Made by a program: the position numbers and the translations under genes. A DNA stretch of 64,000 bases from Tubiluchus corallicola (Eukaryota; Animalia; Priapulida). Shown here piece by piece: positions 13,997 to 29,500 of this stretch. Under the pieces are notes generated by a model, which worked only from the letters and a program-made list of their open reading frames with translations, searched no databases and was not told where the DNA came from. The stretch's first letter is position 1. Every line of letters begins with the position of its first letter. Where the stretch lies: NCBI GenBank assembly GCA_030141605.1, contig JAQGDQ010000080.1:124001-188000 (forward strand), given 5' to 3'.

Positions 13997-16900
13997 TTCA
14001 ATATTTCGCAGGATAGATCATTAATCGGGTGAGCTTCGGTGATGAGTTGCAGTGAGCTCTCACTTCTGACCAAATGAAGAACAAGATTTTTTTGCCCTTT
14101 TACCTGCGCGTTTTTTTAAAAAAATAGGAAAAATTTATTTTGCCCAACCACTAGATCATATGCTTGACTTGATTCGCATGTCCATAAAATTTATTATTTT
14201 TGTCTTTATGCGTTAAGTTACCTTAGCTAACCATTCGGTTGAACATAATTTATCTAATTTGGACCATTGTAACCATATTTGTCATACCTTAACAAATGTT
14301 TGGACTTACAGATTCATATAAGATCGTAGGTATGTATGTTTTAGTGATTTTAATTCTTTAGTTGAGCGGACGAAAACACAGGGGTCAAATCATGTTGTCT
14401 TTTTCGCGCAATACCATTGCACACTTGGTTCACTGACTGCAATGACACTTCGTTCACCCGGCGTTGAGTTAGCCAGGGATTCTGACTTTAGGCTGAACAG
14501 ACTTCCTGGCAAAGGACTATAGACATCTAGTGAGACAGGCTGTGCGTGTTTAGTTAACAGCCAGCTGTTACAATCATCCCCTAAACCCTCTCCCCACTTC
14601 AAAGCTGCACTAAATGGCCAGGCCAGAGTGGGCGAAAAACCATATCCCATTCTCTGATGAGCAATTAGCACATGTTATGTCCACGTTTGCGTGTTTATTG
14701 TTTGTGTACCAATTCATTATGACAACAGAGCCGAGCAAAATTAGGTCAAAATCAAGTAAGCTCACATGATAAACTTATAGTGCCACCCTAAATATTTCTG
14801 AGGCGGCAAAGTATTTATAAATTGAATCCCGGTTCCAAATTTCACAGTGACTTTTATTCTTCAGTTCAGTCTTTCTGTTAAAGAAAACCACAGTAGCTTT
14901 TTGAAATTTAAGTATCAAGAATACTCTTATCAAGTTGTGCAACAAGTCGTCGAATATTCAACGTACAATAAATATGCTAAAAGTATCGTAATACAAAGAC
15001 AGTGGATAAAATCTGCACATTAATTAACCTGATGTGCACCGAGTGCTGACAGCATTTTCGAAATTCGCATTAAATTTTACTATAAATGCATCAGCAAGGC
15101 TTCCCATGAGAATGGAATTTACTTTGGGTTGAGAGACGTGCTGTTTGGCGCTGCTCGGATTTACAGAAGAAAATGAAAACGACAAAATTTGCATTTTCAG
15201 AATATCATTCCTCATACCATTCAAATTAGTTTTCTAACATTGTGCGTTGCCTGGATTTTACAGCTACTGCGGCATCGCTATATGCACTGTTTAAAATACC
15301 ACGCAGGCTAAGTAATTCGAAAATTTCGAAGAGCTAAAACCAAAAGAAAAAGTAGTTCTATCTATATGTTCATTCTTTTTATTATTATTTTTTGCGAATT
15401 TGTTGATTTGAAAAAAGACAATAGACTGATTATATGTCCCATCCAATAAAGTCAATTGCAATCGCAATTTTATAGTGATTGGCGGATAAGCAACTAAATT
15501 TATTATCTTGTGATTTCGGTCTGATTTCGAGCTTCTTTACATTAGATTTAGAAATATACAGGAATATATAAAATGAAAGATTATATTATGTGGTAGTAAG
15601 AGAAATAAAATTATTAAACAATTTGTTACTCGAATTTGAGTCAATGCCGTAACAGCAGCTGCTGTCTTCATCTACAAAATTCAGCATTACGTTAAAGTTA
15701 ATTATAATCACGACAGTCAACCATGGATGCAAAATTCTGGCAATTGCAACAGCGAGATTTGTTTTCGCACATCTTGCAGAATGTAAGAATGCTCTTTATG
15801 TACATTTCATTACAGCCGAGAGATTCCATGTGTACTCAATGTAATGATGTCTCGGTTATAAACCAGATTAATGTTCAAGAATCGTACATGCGTCGAGAGA
15901 CTGAAACTGAAGACAAAGTGCTTGAAGACATGGAAAGAATGTCGGGTGCTTTGATGACGCATGGTCACTAGGGGCAAGAAGGGAAGGTGTGAAAACCAAG
16001 AGTGCACTTTGCACTTGGCGAAGTAACTCAGTAAATTAAGCAACAAAGTAAAAGGAGTTGGTATTCGTAAGGGGTATTAAAAAGATGTTTTTAGATTTTT
16101 TGGCTCAATAAGGTATTCAAATGCGTATCAATGATGCATTTTCGTTTTTGGGAATAGGCTATGATTTATAACAGAAGCGGAAGGCAAAAGCTGAAAAGGA
16201 ATTACTGAATTTACAAGAAAAGTAGCTCAAGTGTTAACCTCCTCTTTTCTGCATCTGCTGGTGCTAAGTATATGCCGTATTAATGCCAGAGAAGAGGTTA
16301 TGCATTTCTTTAAGTCTTGTGCCAGGTGTCCATAATTGGAAAGTAAACCAGCTAGTATGCTGTGTTACTTCAGAATATGAGTTACACTTGAAGTGGAAAG
16401 GAAAGAATATATGACACCAACATTGTTAAAGTAAATGTATTATTTCTGTTAAACAATTAGTTGTGTCACATAACTTACCACGATATAATCAAACCAGTTT
16501 CGACGTATACTTAACAGCGCTGGTAACCATAGCCTCCGTAACCAGGGTGTTCAATGTTTACAAGTCTTGCCTACTGAATAATAGGTGTATTGAACAGGAC
16601 GAGGTAAATATTTCCAATGCTTCTGTAAATTTGTCCTCAGACCAATTCAACTTTACTGATGAAGGGTCACATTCATGATGCTAGCAATCTCGAATTACCA
16701 CTGGTAATTTGGTTTATTACAGCTTTGAATGGTCAGTTCTCAGACCAGCTCACGCGTGCAGCAAAGTGAACAGCTGCAGCAGCTTGTTCAGTATCGAATG
16801 TGAAAACAAAAAATCCAATTTTTGCAACTGTCAGTTTTGGTTGGACATAGAACAGTACTGATTCACCGAAATAATGTCATGCAGCATGCAAAATTCCATA

Positions 16901-19900
16901 TTATACACTTGAGAAGTTCAGACTAAAATTTACTACACGATTCCTTTGCTTTGTACATAGTAATAGTTATAGTTAAGCAACTTTACAATACGTGTCTTTG
17001 TAGCAGTGTATTGTGAGTGTATGCAGAATGCAATAAAGAAACGAACAAAGTCACAATCGAGAACTTAGGAAAATTCGACCGATTTCAGTGATCTGCATTA
17101 GCTGACATAGTTCCACAAAGAACAGCCGCATAGAGAACTCATTTAGACCATCCGTCACAATGGACCACATGGAGTAAAAATACCCCTTAGGTTTATCAGT
17201 CACTAGCAATTTTCTGCTTCTTTGGGTAAAACCTAATTGACCAATCAGTTGATTCAACGGCCTATGACAACGACAAATGGACGCACATGCAAACCTTTCA
17301 CAGAAGGCGATCCATTTACTACACATCGCAGACAAATTCAATTGATTCCTCATGCCGATACTTTTACGTTTTCTGACCTTGACTCCCGTGACAAACTCCG
17401 TACAAGCTTTGACATCAGAATAAAAATCTCGTTAGAAATTAGAAAGGCTAATGGTTAATCGATTGTTCGCCACATGCAGTACAGTATTTATTTAACAAAT
17501 GTGAGCTTCTCATATTATACTTATACTAAAAATTATGCTGTAACATACATTGTCAAGTTAGTAGACAATATCTCAATGCCCTGCCAAACACAAGCATTAC
17601 AATGAGGTTTGTGTCTAAGCTAAACAAAAACCGTATTAACATTTTCTGGTCATTTTCAATTAGATAAATCATTGATTATTTGCCTTTACTAAAAACTCAA
17701 AGATAGTTAGCAGAGCAAAGCTAATAAAACCGAATTGTTCAGCAAGATGGTACTTATCTATTTAATCACACACTTTGTCATACTCAACAGCTACATGAGG
17801 TACTGCTATGAGCGCCTAAATGGTTGTTGCGAACGGGAATTTGCTCAAGGATAGCTCTATCCACGATCAAGATAAGCCACAGGCAGAATTTTACATTGCC
17901 AGGGGCAGTGTGATAGATAAAACCGCTCAAAAAGCCATTTTCCTTTTGGTCACCAATCTATTTACTCATCAAGCTCGGAGCTGCCTAATTAAAGCCACCC
18001 TCATATACCGTGGCCACACACTGTTCCTCTCGCTCCATCTATAAACTATTGAATAAAAACCGCCTTAAAACCTAGAACAACAGCTAAACGAAAGCGTAAT
18101 TTATGCAAATAGTTTTACATTTATTGCGTAACTGCACAATGGGCAAATAAAGATGCTAAATAAACAAATTTAATCAACAAATCTTTTATTTAGATGTTTA
18201 ATGAAACGTCCGGAGAAAATTAATTTATTCATGTATTTTAGTCATTTGTCATCTTGACGATTTAATGAATGAGTCATTCCACTCAAACTCGAGTTCAAGC
18301 AATTAAATTTGGGCATTGCACCACAGATCGGTTTGTGTAAAACAGAAATAAATTGAGTAAATGTGGTGGCCGTTGGTATTTTTTGCCCGAGCTTATGTCC
18401 CAGAATGAATTATTGGCTTTTAATTTTTAATTTTTATGTTTGTTAATTGGCAATTTCTTACTTCTGCTTCTTCCCTTGAAGTAATTACCAATAATTATAC
18501 TTTACGAATGACACTTAACTTTAACGGTTACTGACGAAACATGTGCCAAGCATGGAAAACACGCGTATCCAACATTGCTTACGTTGTACTAAACATAATG
18601 GGTGAAGATAGGACATTTGTGGTCTTTGTGATATATGAAGAGCAGGAAACTCAAACTACTACTGCACTAGATTAGAGTAACGAATACCAGCCGTGCACGC
18701 ACAAGTTACAAGTTGTTGAAAGCTACACCCGACGTTATACGCACACAGTGATCATGGTTTACAACTCTGCTGCCGCAACACCAAGTGTCTCCCTGTGAAG
18801 AGTTGAGTTTATGACATGCTAATGACTTCAACATCAAAGCTCTTTTCAGTCTCCTGCTCTGTTCTGCACATCAAAGCGGTGATCTTCCTCGCATCTAATG
18901 ACGTCATAAACTATGTACCAGTAATAATTAGCAAGTAAAACACGCCATGATAATAAAGAGGAAGCGGTTCTTTCGGATGTGGTCCACCTGCTAGAAGACC
19001 ACCAAGTTACTGCAAATATACGAACGCTTTTCTCTCGATAAGGTCAAGATATGCGAATGAATTCCTAAACCTGCAATATTTTCCAGTGTGGAATCCCGAA
19101 TTTTTGTGAATTTAAAAAAGACAGGACAATAATCGCGGCACTGGTCGAAATCCTGTCCGAATCGGCATCTTAAAGGCTATTAAAGAGACTCGGATTCAAG
19201 TGGTGTGAAGTTATTATGTCTCTAAAATTTTAACAAGAATCTTTCTGGATTGTGAAGGTTGCTGACGTGCCAGTTAGACGTGATGAGACTGGCACAAAAC
19301 TGATACAAATGTTTACTTCCTGGGGGAGATTAAGGTTATGCTAGACCACAGAAGCAAACCGTTATAAGCAGCAATTGCCCTGATGGAAATTTTATTAGGC
19401 AATCACACGATTACGTCCAACGTCATTCTTGCATTTTTCATTGGTTGTTGTTGGTGAGCATGGGGGTCTGACGATGGAGTATTGCTACTGTAGAGGAATG
19501 CAAAAAAGAGAAACGCTCAAGCAGTGATGAAATCTGTTTTATGAAAACATGTGGATGATGACGGTGATGATCATATACTTACCACATATAACAACAAATT
19601 TATTTATATTTTGTTTAAATAGTTGGTTAGAATTAGCGTCGATAGAGTGTAAAAAATCGACATCCCCGATTTGTTGAGCTATTAGTTAATTTTCATTTTG
19701 TACGATGGCTCAAAACTTGCAGTTGTGAAAGATGAAAATATCCTATATAGCAGCAGATGAAATTTTCTAGGCTTCCTTGTTTTCATGGAATGTAATTACT
19801 TTGTTCACGCCACGTACGTGACAATAACAGGTGAATGCGCGTATATATACAGCAACAGCAGTATAATAGCTCAAAATAGTGAACGATCGATGGTAAGTTA

Positions 19901-20182
19901 CACTGTGCGTAATCGCGTTTTATCAGTTTCTACGTCGGAGAGTCATTACTACTGCGAGAACAAAAAATTGTACACGAAGATTCTAGCAGAAAGAGCTTAT
20001 AACTTTTGAACAATTATTTTCCAAGCTAACGTCAACAAAGTAAAGTTTATAATTTTACTACTACTGATACTTTACCCGACAAGGACTGGACTTTCTGTAG
20101 AACGAAACTAATGAAATAATGAAGTAGTGATATAGTAATGAAAATTTCTTCCAAACCCTTCCTGTCTTTAAGGGAAAAGTGA

Positions 20183-20596
20183 GGACTATGAGAAGGGAGG
20201 TTTTAAATTTTATTGCACATTAAGAAGTTATTGCATATATGCTTCTTAGTCATAAAATCCATGCGTATAATAAATCGCAAAGATTTAAAATTTATATAAC
20301 CGTATAGTATCACATATCTATCGATATAAATTAATAACACACACTTAATGCATATCATATTAATCACACTGTCGTAAATTCTTAAAGTCACGAATTTCTG
20401 CCTTATATATTCTTGTTATGGGCATTTATTGGACTCGTAAGCTTGCCTTATGGTAAATGGTGGCAGAGTTTCTAAAAACGCAGTAGACTCTGTTTTTGCT
20501 GATTTATTCTATGCATGGATTTTATGAGTAAGAAGCATACATGTATTAACTTTTTAATATGCAATGAAAATTCAAACCTCCCTTCCCACAGTTTAC
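20183..20596. repeat. Foldback element with about 100-bp inverted arms
   Basis: 20183-20281 is an imperfect reverse complement of 20493-20596 (GAAGGGAGGTTT...TATGCTTCTTA.TCATAAAATCCATGC). Confidence 0.85.
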
Positions 20597-23500
20597 CACC
20601 AATCCCGTGAGTATGCAAAGAGGTAAAAAGCAATGCGTTTTGTGCTATTTTGTAAGCTCAGCGGGCTCTGGCATCTGCTGTTTCTATTGTACAATTAGGC
20701 CTGCTCTCTAGCATAGCATTTACATGAAAATAATTACATTGTTCACAGGATCAACAGCCTGCGATAAAAATCAACAACGACACCACGCAGCAGTTGAGTT
20801 ACGACCCTGGACAGAGGAAAAAAGCTAACAAAGAACCGAGGTGTTAACAGCAATGTAACAGGCGATTGACACATAAATGTGTCAAAATGAACATTAGATT
20901 TGAAAAATAATCAATATAAACTAAATAATATATAAGTCCATGACTTGAGTTTTTTGACACTTCACTAAATAGTTCATAGATTACACATGCCTGATTCATC
21001 CATTAATACGTGTAAATATCAAGTAATCCATTCCTATATATAACAATTAAATGAAATTTTAAAATACTACTACTAATTTTACTATAAAAATTATCTATCT
21101 AGCCAATAATCAACAAAAATCAATCAGCAAAATTTCAATCAAAATTTTTAGTCGTCTAATAATTTGGTTTCACGGCTAACAAAATTGGCTTATACTTTCA
21201 CTGACAAATGTGGCTATGGTTGGGTCCTGGTGACACATCTACTATTTTTGTTGCACTAGAATAACTCGGTGACAAAATCGATAGTTGTCAGTTCAATGTG
21301 CGAAGCATAAATCTTTAGCTTACACTAAAATCTCGACTTTCATACTAATCTTTTATTAAATAAATGGAAAGAACAAACAAAAATCATGTATCATGTGTTG
21401 TAATTTATTACATACTGCAGTTTTCTGATTGTAGTATACATATATATTATTTACTGTACATGATGAATATAATTTTATTCACCTGCCTGTCTGAGTACAA
21501 CGAGTATAATGAATTTATGTGTCGCCCGTAAATATTTTCTCAGTAAAGTTTAGCGTGCGCGTGCACAACGAAATAATGGCGTACTGTCGTCTGCAAGGTG
21601 AGAAATGGCCAGCGTCTGAACAGTTGTGTCTTCCCTCGACCCATCAATGAGGCAGCCATACGTAAATCACGGCTTCATATTGATAATGGATGCAACCTGT
21701 CAGAAAGTGCAGTTCACTGGCTTCTTTCTCAACATAATTAAGGGCTTCACCGATAAGAACAAAGGAGGGCTCCCAGCCAGGACCATTAATAATTGTATAA
21801 TAGTTACTGTGTGATTGGCTATCATTCTTAAAACAGATGTCGCAATGAAGTCTAAGCGTCCACAAATTGAAATTAAAATTTTCGTCTTTTGAGTATGTCT
21901 GCATACTTGCTGAATTAGACGGGTTATCACTATCAGTTAGTCGAGGGCTAAATTCAGAGAATTCAAGTAGCGTTACTGACGAGTGAAAATGGCTATTAAT
22001 GTATCAGATATCACATTTTAAAGTACAATCATTTATGAAAATCTAGTCAAGGAGAAGTTTATTTTTTTCAGTATCTTGCATATTATAAGCACAAAAGCCA
22101 CAGAGCTTATATTTAAACAGCATAAAGGCGTAAAGCGCTTCCTATTAGGCAAAATGAAATTTTATCAGTATGCCATTAGCACATCCAGGTATCCTGCAGG
22201 GTCAATCTCTTAAAGCATGCTCCCTTATGCTCCCTATCTTGACATCTGCCTGTCGTGCAAATTACCAGGTGAATTAACGCACGTCAATAAAGATGGAGAA
22301 AGATTTTACTATTAGATTTGCATCTCAGCGTGATTCGCGGAGTAATGGACAAAGTATAGAGCAAAATCTCCTGCAGAGAGATAAGAGTGGTGATTTCACA
22401 CAGTCCCTGCCCATTATACGCACGGGTCGTAAAATGGGAAAACTCAAGATGGAAAAATAAATAATAGAGAGACTAAAATTAAGGGTGGATACAAGTGCGC
22501 CGTGTAAAACTCTAACTCCGTGGGAAATTTATTGTTGGGTTGTTAACTTCAGAGAAGTATACTTAGCACGTGGATGACAATGCACGAATTTTTTTCAATC
22601 CTGAACTGTGGAACAGTTTGAGAAAATACTACTTTGTCGCAACTGTTAGTGATCGAATTGCTTGTGAGAAAGGAGTTTGTTCAACTTTCGACCAGCAACA
22701 CTGTGCAAATAGACGCCGGCGATATTTACCATTGTGAAAAAGCGTAAAAGTGTTAGCTGACTACTCAAATTACGGGTGTTGCTTGAGAGCCATTCACTAT
22801 AAAATACGACTTCAAACGTTAACCAGAAAGAAGGAACTACTAGGCTTAGAACATTTTTGATGTTGAGTAGTGTGAGTGGCATTAGATAGTAAAAGCACAC
22901 TACAGAAACAAACATCGGAATTTGGGCGAATTGAGCAGTCAAATTTAAACAGTATACACACTTTATAAATAAAAGAATCTGTTATAAAGGAATACACGTT
23001 ATAATAATCCAGTGATGTTAATCGCTGAGGATTATGCATAGATGTAAAAACCATAAAAAATGTAACGATAAACCAATGACAAAAACAAACAGTTTTCGAA
23101 TAAGTTTTCCACATGAAAAAGGAGGTACTTGGATGGATTCGCTTACCAAAGAAGCCCCAGGCAAACCTGCCACGGCATAAATGTCATATAGATCCCCCAT
23201 TTCAAATGACGTATACTAGATCTATGCTAGTAATTTAAAATTCTGTATGCATTGTACTGCGTTTATATTTGACATCAAAGCCAGAGGCAATAATGTGAGA
23301 ATGATGGAGATGCACGAGCAGGGTTTCTTGAAGGATGGAAAGGATGGAACGTCGCTAAAGCTTTTGAGATCTCCAATTATGAAAGCTGCTTTTTCGTTAC
23401 TAATAAGCATTAAGCAATTATGCATTGCTTATAATTCTACTAAAACTGAGCAAAATGTTTGGTTAATATAAAATGTGACGTTTATGGAACTAGCAGTTGA

Positions 23501-26500
23501 AAATGTAATAATTGCGTGCAAGCTTAAAAAAACGGCCACTTCCTGAAAAAGCGGCTCAACTTGAGTCTTCATATCATTTTAAAATTAAGCGAGCTTAGCC
23601 GACATTCCGTAAGAAAAGTGAGAATTCCTCAAATGTGTTCAATACCGAACTTTGAAATATTTGTGAAAAGAGTCGCAATGGCAGCCGTTTAGGTAAGTGT
23701 TATCAGGTTAGTATTTAATGGCGCACAAAGAAAGGCTAGCCAACCGAAATAATCCGTTAGATGTTACACGCCATGCCTACAAATAAGTGGTATGTATGCG
23801 TGCTGTACAAGTTGGCCTTAAAAACTAAGCTGTCTAATAGCAGCAATGTAATTGAATCGAGGATAAAGCAGTGAAGGAATTAGCTTGCAAATGTTGGGAA
23901 ATTAATTAACCTTAGTCTGTCATTTTGTTAAGAAATCGAATGCGGGTAATGTAATATAACAGGTTTTTACGCTTGCAACATAATTCTTTATTTTCAAATA
24001 AAAAATTTGTTAGGCGTATTTTATATAAATTATTTTACAAGCAAAAAGATCACAAAGTTGGTTCTTAATAAGTGCAAGCTTCCCTTTTGAACCGTGGACC
24101 AGTGATTTCCCATGGCAGCGTGAAACACTATGATATATGAAAAATCACTGACCCGCAGTTTGAAAGGGAGCTTGTGCCTATTAATTAACTGCATTAACTG
24201 GTCAATTAACATTATAATTTTTATTTTATTTATTTCGCATACAATGCAAAGTTTACAATAAAACGAATAGAGCATGAGAGAAGGAATAGCAAAATAATTA
24301 CAAGCCTACATGTACTGCTTCATACACTTGTGAGAACGTGACGTGCAGAGCTTTTTACGTTGAAATTAAACGTTGACTTACAATCTTACTTACTTTCTTC
24401 CCTCTTTTTAAAAAGTCAAAAGCAATTGTTTACTACGACACTGTGACGATAAAGTAAGTTGAGCTTCAACAGGAAGCCAAGGTACGTAACCACAAGGGAC
24501 GGTCGAACATTTTGGCAGGTTAGCCAGTTCACCACACCTATTAGCGGAAAGTGAAGTTTTATTTCACATGAATGATATTTTAGATTAGGGAAACGCATCC
24601 GCTTTTCGTGCGAGTGTCTGCGGTTCATGGGTGAGCGAAGTATTAGCCTTTTTTTACTGTTTGTAACTCTTAGTGGAGGAGATACGTCGTTGGTTTAGGT
24701 ATTGACACCGGCATGCGCAGTGAACAAATCACAATTCTATCGCTGTGAGAAGGAAGAGAAGAAATTAATCCTGTCTCACATTTATAAGTAAAATGATCTT
24801 CACGTAACAAAAACATTTTCCTCGTGATAAAAAATGTACTTGCGGCTACGAGTTGCATATCTTTATTTCAATGATTTCAATGCAGCTTCTACAGTATATT
24901 GAGAGTCCAGGAAGTTTTAACAAATGAGAGTTGGAATTATCCTTGCAGCCACAGTGGGCAGGATATTAAGTTTCTATTGAAGAAAGCTGTAGTAAGACTC
25001 GAATGAATCCTGTACAAACATTGAAGAGTTTCTGTAATCCTGACGATGATTTAAAGTTGCAATTTGGAAAGTTTTCTTCGACACAGACACTGAAATGCCT
25101 TGAATGAAACCCCGGAAGCAATTGCAACGAGCCTACGAGCAAGAAAGCAGATAATTCCGTCAGTTATGCAGTAACCAGTTCCAAATGAACAGAAAAGGCG
25201 GGCTTTTGACTTACAGGCTTCTTTCATCTAAACGAAGTATTTGTATTACCTAAAGAGCAACTGACCAGTTTGCAATTCTGAAAGTAAAACCTGACGCTGA
25301 AAATAAGTAACTAAGACAGCAGACGCATTTAGAACTAACTACTTTCTTCTGCAGTGATAGTTACTGCACAGACATCAGCAAATCTGCGATTAATTCGAGC
25401 TGCATAAGTGGGAAAAGGTTCATGTTAACAGTATTTGTGGTAAGAGATTTATCAACCCTTATGTAAATGCGATGATCACTAAGGTATTGTTGTGAAAAAT
25501 ATGAGGCTAACCTTAAAACTTTAATTCAATTTTCATAAAGCACTTGTATAAATTATTCAGTGAGTTTCAGCAGATATGGTAGGTAATTTATGCATGCCGC
25601 AGTGTGCTGTAGGTGCGCCGGTAGGACTACTGGAAGCCAACGCAGCTGCATCATTTATTAGACGGTTGAGCTGACTGAATGGGAAGTTCCATGGGAATGA
25701 AAAATGATTTTCTGGCATTTTCCCGTTTCATGTTAAAGTGCTCGCTCAGAGAGATTTTGTTATCAGCATCACTGTAATACCGAAGTCTTTTATCAAAGGC
25801 AGCAGCACACTGTACATGAAGTTTTTAAAATTGGCGGCTTATACGACTATTCTTGTTGTCAAGAGTTTTTATAGTTAACTATGCTTTGTTTAATAGCATT
25901 TTAATTAGAGTCTTGCAAAGAGAGCTTACAGAATTTACCATCTAAGCCAATTATACACATTGCAAAGTTAAATGATACAACAGTTCATTAAAACACCCTT
26001 AAGAGCTCATCATGCACGTCCATAAAGAATGAATGCATATTTGCACAATTAATTGAATGTGTGAGCCATTAAAAGATTCACTGAAAGAGCGGTTTCATAG
26101 TGTCGAGATGATGGAGTTTACTGTTGCTTAGACGTTGTTAACATCGTGCACGTAATTTTTAATGTAAAACGATTAAGAATTTCAGGCCACCTTTGTTGGC
26201 TTTTCTCTGAGAACTGTTTCGGATTTATTCTAGATCAACATCAACACAATTTTTGTTTCTTGGAACCTAGAAAACAAAACTGCTAAAGATATTTAATTTA
26301 AATACTCTTTAAATTAGCTTTAGGTTTAATAGTATTATGCAGAGAATATCCTAACCCGAACACATTTATAAATTCTCACAAAGCAAATATTGCAGCATCA
26401 GCATAATTTCCCCATAGTAAAATTAATTTCTAATTCATTGTGATTACCTGTCAGTATTCACAGTGAAGTGAATCCAGGCTTTGAGACAAACTGATAAATA

Positions 26501-29500
26501 ATTAGTGAAGACTGAAAAGGTTTGGAAATATGCCATGCATATGCTTAGCCATTATATCTGACGGAGGAGGAGGTTATGTGGATTTACTGTGGGTGGCAGT
26601 AAATCAATGCAAAGAATCCACTTTTGGTGACTGCTGTGTTTATTATAAAATATTGCTTGGGTGAAAGGTTTGATAAATTTAAAAAACTATGACGTCTATT
26701 GCAAAGCGACCAGCCAAAAAGCTGGGATTTGCTTTTCGCGAGATTCGGGTACTGATTTTTGGGAATACAGAGCTCAGTATCAACAATGGCGCATATAAAG
26801 CAAATGAAAAGCAGTCGAATCTATATTGGTAAACAAAATGCATAAGAACTAAAAAGCATGAACTTTTTTGTATTGTTTCAGTAACAAAATCAGAAAAATA
26901 CAATGTTTTTTACATAAACTGAGAGTGGGTCTAACAGAGAGCGACGTCATAAAGAATTTTGTTAAAGCTCAATATTCATGAATATTGTCATTCCTCAGAA
27001 AAATAGTTGGGTGTGACTCTGGACATTTGTTATCTGATACAGTAAAATACGATAACTACTGAAGAAACTCCCTGCAAAGCGAATACAACCCTCAATAAGA
27101 TTCTCTAGAAAGAACACAATTACTTGCACCCTCGTGTATTATTTCCTTTTGAGTTCTATTTCAACCTTTCATGCTCGTAGCCATCAACAAAGAATGCAAC
27201 ATGATTATTAAGCAGATTCGTGGGAAAAATCTCGCTGATATTATCACTTTAAAAGCAGGTTTGTTAAAATTTAACTGAAGCGGATTTGTGTATCGAGTTA
27301 CCATTGTGTTAAGTAGACGGAGTGGTGCTGCAAAGAAGAGTTAAAATGTTTTCTGTAAGCGATTAAGGTATACCGCTCATTATGTTTCCGTGTTAGTACT
27401 CATCGTACATCAGTTTAGAAGCCCATACTCATCACTGTTTTTTAATTAATTTGGGCAATAAAAACATCTAATTTAATTTTGTAACATAACCAATGAAAGC
27501 GCTCATTCTCAAAGGATCATTAAAAACAACAAACCTTATTCGCGCAGTACATAACGTTGAAAACTTGTGTTTAAAAGGCAAGCCTTTACTTGCACATAAA
27601 AAGAATACTGAGGGCAACTGGCTAACCTTACAACTTGTTTGAATCGTGTTTATACAAAGAAAAATGGGTATTCAAAAATCGATAAAATTTACATCAAACT
27701 ACATGACTGCACACAAATGCGAACAGAGAATTCTGTACTATTTCATGTGCTAGAATGTGCTGAAGCAAGAGAGAAAAAGCCGAATGCTGACGCTCCGCTA
27801 CAAAGTTAAGGAGCATTGGCCTTTGTTAGTAAATGGATGGGTGAGTGCTCGGAAAACAGCTTCTGGGAGTTTTATTTACTATATACTGCGTACAGCTATT
27901 TCTCTTGTTGAGGGGGGACAAGCACATATGCGAACGCGGCTAAAACACTTACAGGGCGATTTAATGTCTCGAGGAGGATTGTCCTTGATAATGAGACAGG
28001 TTCCTGGTACCGCCATAGTATGTCGAATTGTAGAAAGAAAATGCGAGTTGAACAAAATTAACAAAAACCGAAACTACTTAAAAAATAGAACGTTTTTTTC
28101 AGATGGCATAAAAAACTGCCCTTATGGTCTGTAATGAAATACAAAAATGGATAACCGCCATAATTCAAAAGGACATGCATGTCAAAATCAAGGATGACTG
28201 CCGGTGAAAACAGTTACAGCCTGAGTCCAGTGGAGAGTTATCAGTCATTTCTCACTGAGCAAGTGATCTTTCTATTGAAAAAAATCTATTAGCTTACTCC
28301 GAAATGACAAAAGGCACTTCAAAAATGTGAAATTAATGACAAGACACGACTTCAGCTTCGGGCTAAAGACGTTTTTGAAGAAACATTGGCTGTCAAATTA
28401 GAAAAATGTCGCATGTTTTAGCAAGAGTCCAGACAGAAGCTAAGCTAGCGCTAAAGTTGAATCCAAATGTACTTGTTGCTATGTACTGAAGATATGCTGC
28501 GAGTTATCGTAAAAGTACTGTGAGAATTTGCCATGAGAATTAACTGTACACCTGTGGTAGAAAATCTTACAAACGTCCTAAGGACTAAAACTTGGTGTTC
28601 CAGTTATAGACCTAGTCCAGAAACAATTACAGAAGCATTTAGGATCGAGGTAGTTGCAGGAGGCAGGGTGTGCAGCAAGGAGCACAAAGATTTGAAAAGC
28701 TGGACTTTGAAAATTGATGTCAATTTTGTTAGAATTTTCACCACTTACATATATTTCCATTGGCAACACAAATGCTGTCTCCAAACAACATTTCAGTTAT
28801 TGTTATACCAAGCACACATGGAGATATGTAAGTGATTTACAACTGTAATGCTTCGAAAATTAATTTTACCTTATGTTAGGCACTGTTCCTCAAAATTTTT
28901 TAAATCTATACTAAAAGAAAGGAGCCCTAGATTTTTTAGCTAAGAAACTATGCAATATTCGACCGACAACTGATTGATCGAGTGACTAATCGACCAATCG
29001 ACAACGTTGAAGCTATTAGTGTCGCCAAATGCATCACTTTATAATACCTACAGTGATTCATTTATAAACAAATGGTTGCTAGGAGACAACTTGAAAACAA
29101 TCGTTCTGCAAAATATCTTATCCACCTAGGTGTTTTTTATGTCTGATGATGCTTAACTACTGAAGGAAGTATTTTTGAGTGTCATAATTAAACTGTGAAG
29201 TTTTTAAGATTCCATAAGCATGTTACCACATAACCTCAGTGACCTGTACTGGTAGTGATTAGGAGGCAATGCTAATGTTACGGTAACTTTAATAGTATAA
29301 TTAGAAACCAACTACAAATCAATGAGCCAGCAGTAACTGTTACGTAGTGAAATTTTAGTAATGGAGATTGCTAGGGCTTAAAAGGCTACAAAAGTCAATA
29401 TAAAAATTATCACAACTTCATATTTATAGAGCGAGATCGACAAGAAACGTCATCTGGTTAAAATTAACAATAAATTTAGTGTTTTGGAGCAGTGTTTCTT

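Noticed and set aside
14038-14071. C/D-box snoRNA (GTGATGA ... CTGA)
   Set aside because: The boxes span only about 30 nt, too short for a guide snoRNA, and no host gene is evident.
22560-23600. Decayed hAT/ZMYM-type transposase
   Set aside because: Only vague resemblance across several broken frames; needs a blastx/HMM search.
27600-29200. Decayed hAT transposase (LLVNGW resembling the DGW motif), including ORF 27757-28134
   Set aside because: A single weak motif with many stops; cannot be supported by eye.
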